Virus record (IMG/VR): IMGVR_UViG_3300020205_002287
Span: 4,225 to 68,224 of that record
DNA: 64,000 nucleotides
Direction: 5' to 3' (one strand)
Source of the DNA: a virus
The notes below the pieces were generated by a model that was not told where the DNA came from, did no database searches, and worked only from the letters and a program-made list of their open reading frames with translations. The position numbers were made by a program, and so were the translations under genes. Every line of letters starts with the position of its first letter. The first letter of the stretch is position 1. This document shows positions 10,840 through 22,200 of this stretch, one piece after another.

Positions 10840-11283
10840 CTATTTAAACATCATATTATTTTTAACTATATTGCTAATTTTATTACTAGATGATCCAGTC
10901 GCAGACATGGAACTGTAATTATCCATTATACTATAATTTTTATTAACAGGTGCCATATTAAAATTAAAGTTGTGATCATTATGCGATACTTGATTTTTGT
11001 TATACCGGGCATTTTGTACCGCTTTATTGTCATAGCCTACGCCATCCATTTGCAGGACGGTGGAAGAACTATGCTGCAGGCCTTCGTATGAGCCTTTTAG
11101 CTTGGCAGAATTAGATTTTCTGACAGTAGCTTTTGATTCACCAATAGTTTTATTTGCAGAAGACTTACTGGAAGAAATCTTACCTGAGTAGCTATCTGCA
11201 TTTTGTTTTCTGTAAGATGTATCTTTTGGACGACCAGCTGCACTACTCAGCCTTTTATTCTGATCACCAGCACCAAAAATCAT
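10840..11283 (-). CDS. Hypothetical basic Ser/Asn/Lys-rich protein (147 aa)
   Basis: ORF fills the gap between two large genes with 9-12 nt spacers; AGGT upstream. No recognisable domain. Confidence 0.75.
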   Translation of the reverse strand: MIFGAGDQNKRLSSAAGRPKDTSYRKQNADSYSGKISSSKSSANKTIGESKATVRKSNSAKLKGSYEGLQHSSSTVLQMDGVGYDNKAVQNARYNKNQVSHNDHNFNFNMAPVNKNYSIMDNYSSMSATGSSSNKISNIVKNNMMFK

Positions 11284-11295
11284 AAATACCTAACC

Positions 11296-14200
11296 TTAAT
11301 AATTGGCTGCCATTTCCGCATATGGATCCTGGCCCACATTGGGGATTCTGTTATACATAGTAGTGTTAATATTACCATTAACTAACCCTCCTGCAGCAGC
11401 ATTAAATCTTCCAACAGCGTCTTGGTCCCCATATAAGTTCACTTTATAGCTGACGCCAGGATCAGAGCCTGGTCCACCAAAAGTGCCAATCTGCGGAATT
11501 CTATTTGGATAACCGCTTTCATAGGCAGATCCGCCTGGAAGTAGTGGGGGGCCGGCCATATCTTGATGCGTTCTATCTCTGATCTCTGTATAGGCTAGGC
11601 TCCCTGCTATTAAGGCGCCAATTGCCAAAGCGCCTTTTTTAATAGTAGGGTTCTTGAAAAGATCTTTAAGATCTCCCATTTTTTCGCCTATTCTTTTATA
11701 CACTCCCTTATTCTCTACTAGTCCATCGTCTAGGTCTGTAATTGAATTAATAATATTATCAGCTAGTCCATCATCTCCAAATGCTGTTCTGGCAGCATCG
11801 GCATCTAGCACACCAGCTGTTCCTAGGGTTCCTGGTGTTACATCATCTATTAGCCCTGTCGATGGATCAATATTTATTAATCCAGCTTGCGCTAGTTGCT
11901 CTTTTTGTATTTGAGCTTTTATCAATGCTACCTGATGATTAGCATTTCCTCGTACCAAATCATCAGCAATTTTATCCGAGTCACCTAGTATCGCTCTAAA
12001 AACATCATTTTGTTCGTTAGTCGTTTCAAAAATATCGAGCATTGTGTTTGTGCCGTCATCTATCCTTCTTTGAGCTTCTTTTACGGAGTCTAATCTTTTT
12101 TGAGCCTCTACCTCCAAGTCCTTGATGGTACCTTTATTCCCGAGGCTAGCTCTGACTTGATTGGCATAATCTTGATCAAAAGATTCATAATGCTTTACTC
12201 TTCTGTAGGTTCTAACATCTTGTATTGCTTTAGCTGCCCTTTCCGCGTCCTCTGGTAGCTCTCCTGCTTGCAGCGACGTTAAACGCCTTAAGCCTCCAAT
12301 ATCAACTCTAGTTCCAGCTGTTACTTTATCTATTGCATTTACTAAATCTACTGATGACATTCCTATTAATTTAGAGGCTTGATCTATATCTGTTAAGACC
12401 TTTTGGCCTATATTATCTAAAAGTGCAGTGTGATTAAACTGTTCAATTTGACTCATTTCCTTAAAAGCATCCGTAGTCGTACCAAATATCTCATCTAGCT
12501 CATCCTTATGAGTAGCAAGAATTGATCGAGCAACCGAATCAGCTTCCCTAGAAGTTCGAGTTGAAGATAGAATGTCGTCAGATGGAATTCTAGATATTGA
12601 GGACCTTTTCACAGAATCAAGATATGACGACATTCGAACCGCTGTGTCATGTGAAGTAGCTAAGGCTGCAAATCGGTGATCTGACTTTAGGCCAATTCTT
12701 TTTACTAATTCCTCTTTAATCTTACTTGCATCATTAGTGGAGGATACAGCTTTTAATTGTTTTAATGTTTCATCTAAATCAACAGCTGTTGATAGCCCTT
12801 GTCTTTGGGCATCTTCCATACCTTTAATCATATTGTCTAATATAGATTTTGTATCTGTATCTCTAATCCTATCTTTCAATAGAAACTCATCAATACCTAA
12901 TTGGAGGCTATCATCAGGGGAGCCAACTGCGCGCGAGAAGCCAATCATTTTTCCTAGCGTCTCGATGCTTTGTCCACCAAAAACGTCAAGCCCTAAATCT
13001 GCTCCAGATAGTCCTAATTTTACTAGCGCTTTTTGAATTCCTACATCATTTGTGTAATTAGCACTATCCGCTGCAGATAGAACGCTTCCTACATCATTAA
13101 TTAGTCTCCTTTCGTTGGCAAAGTTTACAGCAACGGAGGCGTCAATTGCTGCATCCTGTGACAGTAAGCCAATCTTATAGTTTTCTAACATGTACTTTTT
13201 GGTGGCGCTAGAGGTACCTGCGTCATTCAAGAAAGCTTCATATTGATTTAAAACACTGCCAACTGTCATCGATCTATTGACGTACACTCCAAGAATGTCA
13301 CCACCTTCAATAGCTTTTTTTACACTAAAATCTTCTATTGCTGTTTGAAAAATTGCTCGCAAAGCCGGGTCTGTCTGAAAGGTGGCTTCCATCATCTTTA
13401 GCATTTCGTCAAAATTTGCAGCTCCTGAAAATTGATTTATCATTTTTTGATCAAAATTGTTTGCTCTCATTGTTTCCAAGAAATCATCTTTCATATCAAA
13501 AGAGCCTGATTCTACAAAAACTTTAAATATTCCTTCTCTAGTATAATTTGGTTGGTTCGTCAAATCATCAACGCTTAATGTAGAGGACCCATAATCAAAT
13601 ATTTTTTGCGCTCGTTTTGTGTCTAATTTTTGTATTGTAGTTACTCCACGTCTTTCCAAATCTCCAAAAACATTTATTATAGCTTGTTCGAAATCATCTA
13701 TATGATTTAGGGATAGTGTTCTGTCTTTTGTGACAATTTGCCCTTTAACAGTTGTTTGTGTAGTGTGCCTACCATCTAGTATGTCTTGAAGAATTCTGTA
13801 CGTTGTTTTATGAGCTGTATTGCTAGTTGATTGTGTTAAAGAGTCTAAAGATTCCCTAAATGCTATAACTGAAGAAGAATCTTCCTTGCCTCCAAATAAT
13901 CCCCTAATAGTATCTTGATCCATATTCATTCTAGCAAAGATTAATTCTTCGGGGCCAGATGGCTGACGACTAATGTTGAAGCCTAATCGAGTCAATCCCT
14001 GATTATCTTTATATGTTAGAATTTTTTCTAGTACCTTGTCGTCTAAGTCGAATCCACCAAGAGCATGTCTATATTTACCAATAGAGTCAGCAGGCAGCAT
14101 CATTTTATGGCCACTAACTCTAAACTTTAATATGTCGTGTTGTACATCACCTAAACCATCTATGGATATCCGATCATATCCCCTGCCTTTATTTAGGATC

Positions 14201-16209
14201 ATTTTTCCTTTTTTGTTTCCCATCAAAATTGCTTCACTGTCAATTGCAAAACGATGAGTGTCAGGAATAACCATTTGCATGAAATTACCCTTCATTCTAA
14301 ACGCTTCCGTTGCAAAGAAGTTATGCATCAAGTTCATCATTGTCGGACTTTGCTTTGGACTAACGCCACTACGCATCATGTCTAATATAGAATTAGCATA
14401 TTCTTTATTTCTAAGCGCCGAAACACGTGCGTGTGATGGGAGGTGATCTATATCGCGCTGTGATGCTTCTTCTAGCATTGCTCTTACCTTACGAGGGACT
14501 GTGTTACTGTTAATTGCTTCTTCAAATTCTTTAAGAACACTTCGACCTCTTTGTTCCATCGCATCCAGTGTCGCTCGATCAGCAAAAACTTCTGGATGAA
14601 AGGCAGCGGATACTGGATCCGAATACACTAACTCGCGCCCTGAGCCCATTCCACTTAAAAGTAACTCATCAGTATCTGCTGCCATACCTAATTCTGTCTT
14701 AAATGCAAATTTGCTGGCAATCATTGTGTATTTTTGTAAGGATACTTTTACGCCGTTAACAATTTTCTCGTCAAAATCCACTGCTTGACCAGCTGTTTTA
14801 ATATTCCCATATACAGCGTCGTTACCCCTCAAGGTAAACTGCTCAAGTCCTCCAGTGGCTTTAGCTCTAGAAGTTTGTCCTTTAATATTCTCCAATTCTT
14901 TTATTTCAATTGCCATATCTTCCATTTGTTGAGAAGTAAGAGGCCGACCTAAACCTCGTTGAGCATTAGATAACTTTTTTTTCAAAGAATTTATTTTTTT
15001 GTCCATCGATGAAATGTATCCACTGATGTTTTTCATATTGATCAAATCAGATCCGTCGTACGCATACTCAATATTATCAAATAATTGTTTTACAAGACTT
15101 GCTCGTTTTTTATCAACAACACCATTAACTTTAACAAATTTTTTTTCTAAATGTTCCATTAACTGGTCACTGGCAAACTTTTTACCAGTTTTTCCGTCTT
15201 TGTCGTATGCAAAGTTTCTAGAACGTATAACTTTTTCAAATTCTGTTTTTTCTTTGTTACTAAATTGGTTCATTATGCTTCCGACAAAATCCTCTGCATC
15301 TACGTTATCATAATAGAGGGCTAGCTCTTTACCTCTCATAGTGTTTCCAAAAACTTTTGTTTTATCAGTTCCTTGATAGGTCATTTTTTTCAATAACTCA
15401 TACTGAGGATCTACCATAAATATGGAAGCGTTCAAAGTGGAATTTTTGCCCCCTCCAATAAAGTCTTGTAAATTCGATCCAGCCAAAGATACTTCTCTTT
15501 CAGAAGCTAATGATTTAAATCTTTTGGGCATTTTCAACAAATAGTCAGCTAGTCTTCCAGATCTAAGTGCTTTTGGATTGGCACTAAGGATTTTATCGGA
15601 CAGTGCTTTTGGATCTAATATGTTATGACCTGTCACGGATAGTAGTAGATGCGACTGATAACTAGTTAGCATCTTGCCGCCAGCTCTCATGGTTATCAAT
15701 CTTGCACTTTCGTCATCGATCATAGTTATCCCATGCAGTGAACCACGTTTTTTTAGTTTCTCTAGCTCCATAGCAATATTTTTAACTCCACCTTTGCCCT
15801 CATGAAGAGTTGAAATATCTACTTGCATATCTTTTATCGCACTTACGTCGATTCCAGCATCTTGCAGTAATTTGATTTGGCTTGCTGACAATGTCTGTGA
15901 TTTTTCTTTTATGTTAGACATTATTTCAGCCATACCAGCTACTTTACTTCCTAATTTTGACTCTCCTCGTTTACTACCTGAATTGGACAGATTGTTAAAT
16001 TGGGAAATTCTTAGTGTGCTTGCTTGAGCAAAGGCTCTCTCAATAGATTTAAATGATTCACCAGTAACACTTAAGACGAATTTTATTTCATCTCCATCAG
16101 GTTCTATCTTGATGGCACCACCCATGCCATAAGACGTTCTCATTAAAGCAGATCTTGCGGCAGCCATTCTCTCTGGAAGCGTGTCGTACATTTTATTAAT
16201 GTCTACCAT
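11296..16209 (-). CDS. 1637-aa probable virion protein; putative single-subunit two-barrel (QDE-1/YonO-like) DNA-dependent RNA polymerase
   Basis: Ordered motifs YDGSDLIN, QFTLR..GNIK, IASKFAFK, LGGFDLDDK, SRQPSGPEE and DILGVYVN. Start codon overlaps the upstream stop (TAATG). The CDS is certain; the function is inferred from motifs only. Confidence 0.6.
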   Translation of the reverse strand: MVDINKMYDTLPERMAAARSALMRTSYGMGGAIKIEPDGDEIKFVLSVTGESFKSIERAFAQASTLRISQFNNLSNSGSKRGESKLGSKVAGMAEIMSNIKEKSQTLSASQIKLLQDAGIDVSAIKDMQVDISTLHEGKGGVKNIAMELEKLKKRGSLHGITMIDDESARLITMRAGGKMLTSYQSHLLLSVTGHNILDPKALSDKILSANPKALRSGRLADYLLKMPKRFKSLASEREVSLAGSNLQDFIGGGKNSTLNASIFMVDPQYELLKKMTYQGTDKTKVFGNTMRGKELALYYDNVDAEDFVGSIMNQFSNKEKTEFEKVIRSRNFAYDKDGKTGKKFASDQLMEHLEKKFVKVNGVVDKKRASLVKQLFDNIEYAYDGSDLINMKNISGYISSMDKKINSLKKKLSNAQRGLGRPLTSQQMEDMAIEIKELENIKGQTSRAKATGGLEQFTLRGNDAVYGNIKTAGQAVDFDEKIVNGVKVSLQKYTMIASKFAFKTELGMAADTDELLLSGMGSGRELVYSDPVSAAFHPEVFADRATLDAMEQRGRSVLKEFEEAINSNTVPRKVRAMLEEASQRDIDHLPSHARVSALRNKEYANSILDMMRSGVSPKQSPTMMNLMHNFFATEAFRMKGNFMQMVIPDTHRFAIDSEAILMGNKKGKMILNKGRGYDRISIDGLGDVQHDILKFRVSGHKMMLPADSIGKYRHALGGFDLDDKVLEKILTYKDNQGLTRLGFNISRQPSGPEELIFARMNMDQDTIRGLFGGKEDSSSVIAFRESLDSLTQSTSNTAHKTTYRILQDILDGRHTTQTTVKGQIVTKDRTLSLNHIDDFEQAIINVFGDLERRGVTTIQKLDTKRAQKIFDYGSSTLSVDDLTNQPNYTREGIFKVFVESGSFDMKDDFLETMRANNFDQKMINQFSGAANFDEMLKMMEATFQTDPALRAIFQTAIEDFSVKKAIEGGDILGVYVNRSMTVGSVLNQYEAFLNDAGTSSATKKYMLENYKIGLLSQDAAIDASVAVNFANERRLINDVGSVLSAADSANYTNDVGIQKALVKLGLSGADLGLDVFGGQSIETLGKMIGFSRAVGSPDDSLQLGIDEFLLKDRIRDTDTKSILDNMIKGMEDAQRQGLSTAVDLDETLKQLKAVSSTNDASKIKEELVKRIGLKSDHRFAALATSHDTAVRMSSYLDSVKRSSISRIPSDDILSSTRTSREADSVARSILATHKDELDEIFGTTTDAFKEMSQIEQFNHTALLDNIGQKVLTDIDQASKLIGMSSVDLVNAIDKVTAGTRVDIGGLRRLTSLQAGELPEDAERAAKAIQDVRTYRRVKHYESFDQDYANQVRASLGNKGTIKDLEVEAQKRLDSVKEAQRRIDDGTNTMLDIFETTNEQNDVFRAILGDSDKIADDLVRGNANHQVALIKAQIQKEQLAQAGLINIDPSTGLIDDVTPGTLGTAGVLDADAARTAFGDDGLADNIINSITDLDDGLVENKGVYKRIGEKMGDLKDLFKNPTIKKGALAIGALIAGSLAYTEIRDRTHQDMAGPPLLPGGSAYESGYPNRIPQIGTFGGPGSDPGVSYKVNLYGDQDAVGRFNAAAGGLVNGNINTTMYNRIPNVGQDPYAEMAANY

Positions 16210-19200
16210 TATCTAACTCCCGCCGAAACGTCAATGCCCTGTGAGCCAAAAGGATTCATAACTGGAGTAACACTTCCGGAAAATCCAAATCCATTCATCA
16301 ATTGGCGCAATTTATCAAGAGTGCTATTTCCATCACTGCTTTTCCCAAATTGAGGATAACTAGGATTAGCTAAATTTGCTTCACGAATCTGCTGAGGGAA
16401 ATATCCCATTTGAGACATTTCTATACCCATAGATTCTCCTGTTTTAATTTTTACTTGTTCTAAGTTTGTGTTAGGGTGCCATCCTTCCCATGACGCATCT
16501 GGTAGTTCGTGCCGCGTAAAATAATCGTCCAAATCTGGTCTTTGCTCAACATTCATGCCCCATGATGCCTCATATATTCTTCTCTCTAGACGTCCTGCAG
16601 TAGAAAGTATTCTGCCCCTTTCTCCTTCTGGAGCATTAAGCATGGCTTTGAAGTGTTCTCTTTTTCTTTTAGGAATAGATAAGGATAACGTGTCAATGTC
16701 TTTACCGTAAAGATCCGCACCGTACATTGTTCTTTTTGCTGCCATCCCATAGTCTAATGCCGCTTTTTCATCCCCTGAAGATTTAGCCATAGTTTCTAAT
16801 CTTTTATTTTTTACATAACTTAAAATATCAGAGTATTCTTCTAATGCTAATTCCTTTTTCCTTTGCTTTGGCATAAATCTTTCTCCAGTTATCAATTCTG
16901 AAGCCTGCCCGTATGTTGATGCTGCCAGACCGGTAGTCACACCAACCGCTGTTCCTAGTAGTTTAGCTTTAGCTGTTCTACCGAAAAGCGATCCGGCAAT
17001 GCCTAGCCCAGTCGCTGCTGTTATAGGATCTCTTTGTGTAGATTTGTCAATCATTGGTTTAATATAACTATCAAATGGTCTTTGCCATTCAGGGAACGTG
17101 GCACCGTATACGTGCTTCCTTTCCCAATCTTCAGTAGCTGTTCTTTTTCCTATTGTTTTGTTAATAGCAAAGTTATCCGAATGAGCTATATATTCGCCAA
17201 TTCTTCCTGCGCCAAATTTTAATGGATGTTGTCCCATTTCTTCAGCTGATGACCCCTTGTATTTGTAATCAGTAAATTCATTTTTAGTTGCCATACTTTC
17301 AACTTGGGATCTTATATCAGTTACTTTATTTCTTTCGGCCGGACCTAAATCCATGCTATCAATTTTTTTATCTAATGTTTTATATTGTTGCGAGAATGGT
17401 GCGACATCTCCTAATATTTTTAATTGATCTAATGCGCCGTATGATCCAGTTGAATCTGGGTTTAATCTATTAAACCTTTCATAGCCCACTCCCGGCAGTC
17501 TTAATTCACCTTCTTGCACCTTAGTGTATGGATCGCCTCTAGTGAAATCTGTGAAATATTCAGAACCAGGAAGAAATGGATACTGTTTACCCATTGTGTT
17601 TTCTATTGGATTTATATAGTCTACGCCAGTTCTTTCTTTTGGAATAAATCTTCTAACAATTTCAGAGAATTCCAGGTTACCCAATCCCTCTCTGTTACCC
17701 AGTGGTGCATCTCCTAAGCCTCCAAGATTTAAATCCCAAAACGCTCGAGTGCTTCCATAGGCTTTTGACGCGGACTGTAAAACGCTTCTTTGCGGTTGAT
17801 AATCTGACTGACCAAATCCTAATGATTTTCTTAGATTGCCAAAACCAAAACCATAGATACCAGCCATTTCTTGCATTCTGAATCCAAGCTCACCTGCCTG
17901 GAAAGAACTAGTACTGGGTTCTAACGGAGCACCGGCTCCAACTATTCTCGGAGCCATTACGCCAGACGTCTTAGGAGGACCATAGGACAAGTCGCTGTAT
18001 TGAGAGTTTACATCTTTCAGTGAAGACCTGACCATCGAACCAGCTGCTCCGGTGCTTCCAGCTCTGCTAGCCAACATTGAGTTGACCCCAGAGATGCCTG
18101 TAGCTCCGCTGGAGCCGATTGGTGAACCAGGCCTAGCTGTCATTGCCCCAGAGCCAGTCAGGGCCATTTGAGGGGACCCTCCGGCCATATCTCTTGTGAA
18201 TCCCACTCCGTCTATGTAGCTTGAAGTCATTCCATACGCAGACGCGTCATAGGCCCCAGATTGACCTGCATTTGTATAATTAGACAATCCTTGTGCTGTT
18301 TCATTCTCGTGCATTAGCACTTGGGGCTTTAGTAGTTTTCCGACTGTCATATTTGCCAGTGGGACAAGTGGACCAAAAGGACCAGTAAAATACTCGCCAC
18401 TAACTGGGTATGGTCTGTCTTCGTAGTGCTTACGCTCAAATCTGTAAGGATCTAATGGTCTTAGTGGCGAAATATCATTATAAAATAAGAACTTTTCAGC
18501 TGGACTTCCGTATGTATCGCTAGTGAACATAGCGCCTGCTTGAAGTTTTCGGTACCAAGAAGGCCTGTAGTATTGGATCTTTCCGCCTTTAAATGGAGTA
18601 TTACCTAAAGGCCAAAATCTTCCTTGTCTTATTGGTACTTCTCCCTCAACCAATTGCTCTTTCTTTTCGTCATACGTCATTCCACCAGGAGTCAGACCAG
18701 CAGATAGGGATTGCAGTTCCATCGCACCTTTTGCTACCTGGCCCAACACTAATGGAGAATAAACTCTTTCCCCTCTGTCATCTTTTTCATTGACCATCCC
18801 ACCCATTGTTCTGTCTACAGTGAGTGCCGTAACTCCAGCTGCATACATTGGCAATACTCTTTTGCCAACCATTCCTGTTGCAAAAAGGTCTAGTGGTCCT
18901 TTGAAGTCAGAAACATTTAACTGCATTCCCAGTGTACCGAAATATCTATTTAGTCTTTCTACGCCCTGAGAAACTGGTATGCTTGCGGTAGAGAAGCTTT
19001 GTGGATCAGAATACGTTGTTAATCCAATTGCGCTTTTGATCGCACCCATTGGATCTCTTCCGAAAACTGTTCCAAAAGTTGGAACAACAGTTATACTTTG
19101 CCCGGAACCAAGTGGGTCTACAGCTAAATCATCCGCCTGGTATCCAGATGTTCCAAGTGCTTTTTGCTTTAAGGAAACTAGTGGTGAGAATTTTTTACGA

Positions 19201-22200
19201 ATACCAGTAGAAACTTTGCTCATCTCTGACTTAGCAAAGGGGTCAAACATACTCTTTAGACTACCGTTATTGGATCTTGAAAGTTCAAACATCTCTACTG
19301 CACCAGCGCGAGCGTTTTCTAAATTCCCAGCCGAGTGTTTAAATGTTTTAAATGCACTCATGTTAAACATAGTGGACAGAGCTGCCGCTTGAGCTTCAAC
19401 CCTTTCTGATGCACTGATAGCTCCAGATTTAACTAATTTGTCAACAACGGTTTGCATTTCGATAAATAGATTTCCGCTAGTACCCGCTTGCATCTGATTG
19501 GATTGAGAAATGTATCTAAATATTTCATTTTTTAACTGATCTAATTTAGTCGTAATAGTTGGAGATTTTTCCGCCATTTGTGACATTGCATTGAGATTGG
19601 TAGAATCCTTTAAAGTTCTCATTCTCGATGAAGAAGCGTCCAACATTGTTGGGTCTACGCCCTTTTTCCTGAGTTGTTGAGATACTAGTTTTTGAGCTGC
19701 TAATAAATCATCTGCGAACTGGACAGCTTGTTCAGCTGTTTCGATTGAGCTAGCAGTTCTTCCGCCAAATGTAAATAGACCTGGGTTAATAGTTTCTAAT
19801 TCTTTCATTACCTTGACTGGAGTGCCATATCTAAGGGATTCCTTAGATAAAGAGTGCATTCCCTTTAAGAGATCTGCTTCAGAAAAATCGTCTACTACAT
19901 TTCCAAGATCATCTACTACACGAAGCCCCCCACTTGTTTGTTTGTCTATTCTTATTAATCTTTCTTTTCCGCCAGAATTATATTTCAAGTCATCGCCAGA
20001 TAATAACCGAGCCATAACTCCATTATTACTTAAATCCGTAGAACGGTTCTTAAACCTAGAAGCTAGTCCGAACAATGAGTTTGGTTGCTCAGGATCAATA
20101 CTCATCTTTTTCTTAAAACGTATTGCTCTTTCTCCACCAAGAATTCTATCTAAAAATTTTGAACCGCTTGAATCTCTAATCTCATTAATTGTTTGACCCT
20201 GCATATTTGATGCAAAACGAGAGTGTCTTGTTAGCAGGTCTGTGGTATTCGTGGGCAAAGCTCTATATGTTCCACTCATCAAAGAACTATGAATTGTTTC
20301 CGATACATTATCTGTATCAAAAGCCATCAATTTACCCTTGGAGCCTTTTGTTTTAAACCACATATGGAAATCAGATTTAGTACTAGCTCCCTGGGGCATA
20401 AATGGTTGGACAGATCTAGACGACACATACTGAAGTGGTGATCTATTGGCCATTTCCGAGAATGACCTGTACCCGAATAAGTCAGCTGGGTTGAACCCTA
20501 GAATTGGGATCTTAAACTCTGAGGCAAAGAAGTTTGCTGTTTTAGTAAATGTAGATTTAACTGATGTAAAATCTAATATTTGACCAGACCTAGATTGATA
20601 TACTCCATCCATTTTGCTAAATCCGATTGATTTAGAAACTGGATCGTTAATAGCCATTCTTGAAGCTAAGTCGTGGATTATCTTCTGTTCTGGTTCTGAC
20701 ATATGAGAGAAGCGTCCAGATTGTCGAGCTTCGTCAATTGTTAAAGATTTTAATCCGAATAAATTATGTCCACCGCCAGAAACGCCAGAAGTCATTTGAC
20801 GATTCTTAATTAAGAAAGCTCTTAAGTCTGTAAACTGATTGGGATCAAAGCCACGTTTTCTGAGACCCGCTGTGACTATGTCGTTAGATACTTGTCGCCC
20901 AGTGCTATCTGTTAAATTTATTCCTAATGTTTGAGCAGTTTTTCTTTGCAAAAATTCTGTTTTAGCTGCGGTGTGTGGACCGGTGAAATCATTGTAATTA
21001 GCCTTCATTGGCTTTAGTATTCCGCCACCAATTGTAGTTAAATCATCTCTATAAAATTTATTCCAGTTTTTTGCTATTTTATTATTTAAACCTTTTTGGA
21101 ATTCCTTGGAAGCAAATATATCTCTTGCGTCTTCAACCGAGTTCTTGAGCGCATTGGGTTGAATTGCATCCTCAAAAGTTTTACCGCCAGAGACTCCCTT
21201 ATATCTTTGTATTACTCTTGAAAAAAAGTCTTCACTTAAGCTTGCTGCGTCTGCACCTTCTTCATAAATTTTAGTTTTACCAATAGTTATTATATTGGTG
21301 CTATCCATATTAGATTTTGGTAGTCGCACCTTTAAGTAGTCTGTAAATTGTTTAGCCTGCTTACCGTCAAGCCCTCTTGATATTAACTGATCCTGAAGAA
21401 GATCCTTAAAAGCGTCTGTCTGTTGATTGTATGCAAAGTTAGACCTTGGAAGAGCTTCATTACCCGGGCCCCCTCCGCCCATTATCTTTACTCCTCTTGC
21501 AAAACTAGACAACCTACTAGAATGCTGAGACTGAATTCTGTGCATTGCGCTTTCTAGCGTTTGTGCAGCATTTGGAACGCCTACCATCGACTTCAGTACT
21601 CTAGCGTGAGCAATTGAATTTTCTAAGGCGTCATAACCTCTTCCTAGATTCTTGTATTCTTCTTTACCAGCAACAAATGCTTTTCTTAACCCACGGAATG
21701 CGGAGGGGAGTTCTGTGATAGATGCTGAGGTTTCACCAGAAGCGTCTGTAAAGCCTTTTTTAAATGCACTAAATCCAGCTTTCTTGATGGCTTGTCTAGA
21801 AGCGCCCTGTGCTGCCTGCGCATCGCGTGCGGCTTTAACTCCATGTCTAAGGCTCTGGAGATTTTGTACGAAACCCTGTTGATTTTGCGTGTAAGCCTTA
21901 GTGGCAGTGCTAAGTGCTCCTGAAGTTTGTGCAGAAGTTTTTAGAAATTTGTTAGTCATAGTGGCAAAGTCATGACCGACATCTGCCAAAGTTTCCGTTA
22001 CATCAACAAAACCTTGACGTAATTTTTTATTAAAAGGAGTTAAATTTCGCATATCGTTCATTGAATACCTCAGGGTATTTAACGAACTCTTGCCAGCTCC
22101 TAATGCTGCTCCTGCGCCTTCAAATGGGGCTATCATAGTAGCCATCATAGTTAATGATGACTTGGTAAAATCAGCAATCACATCTGCTGGGTTATACCAT

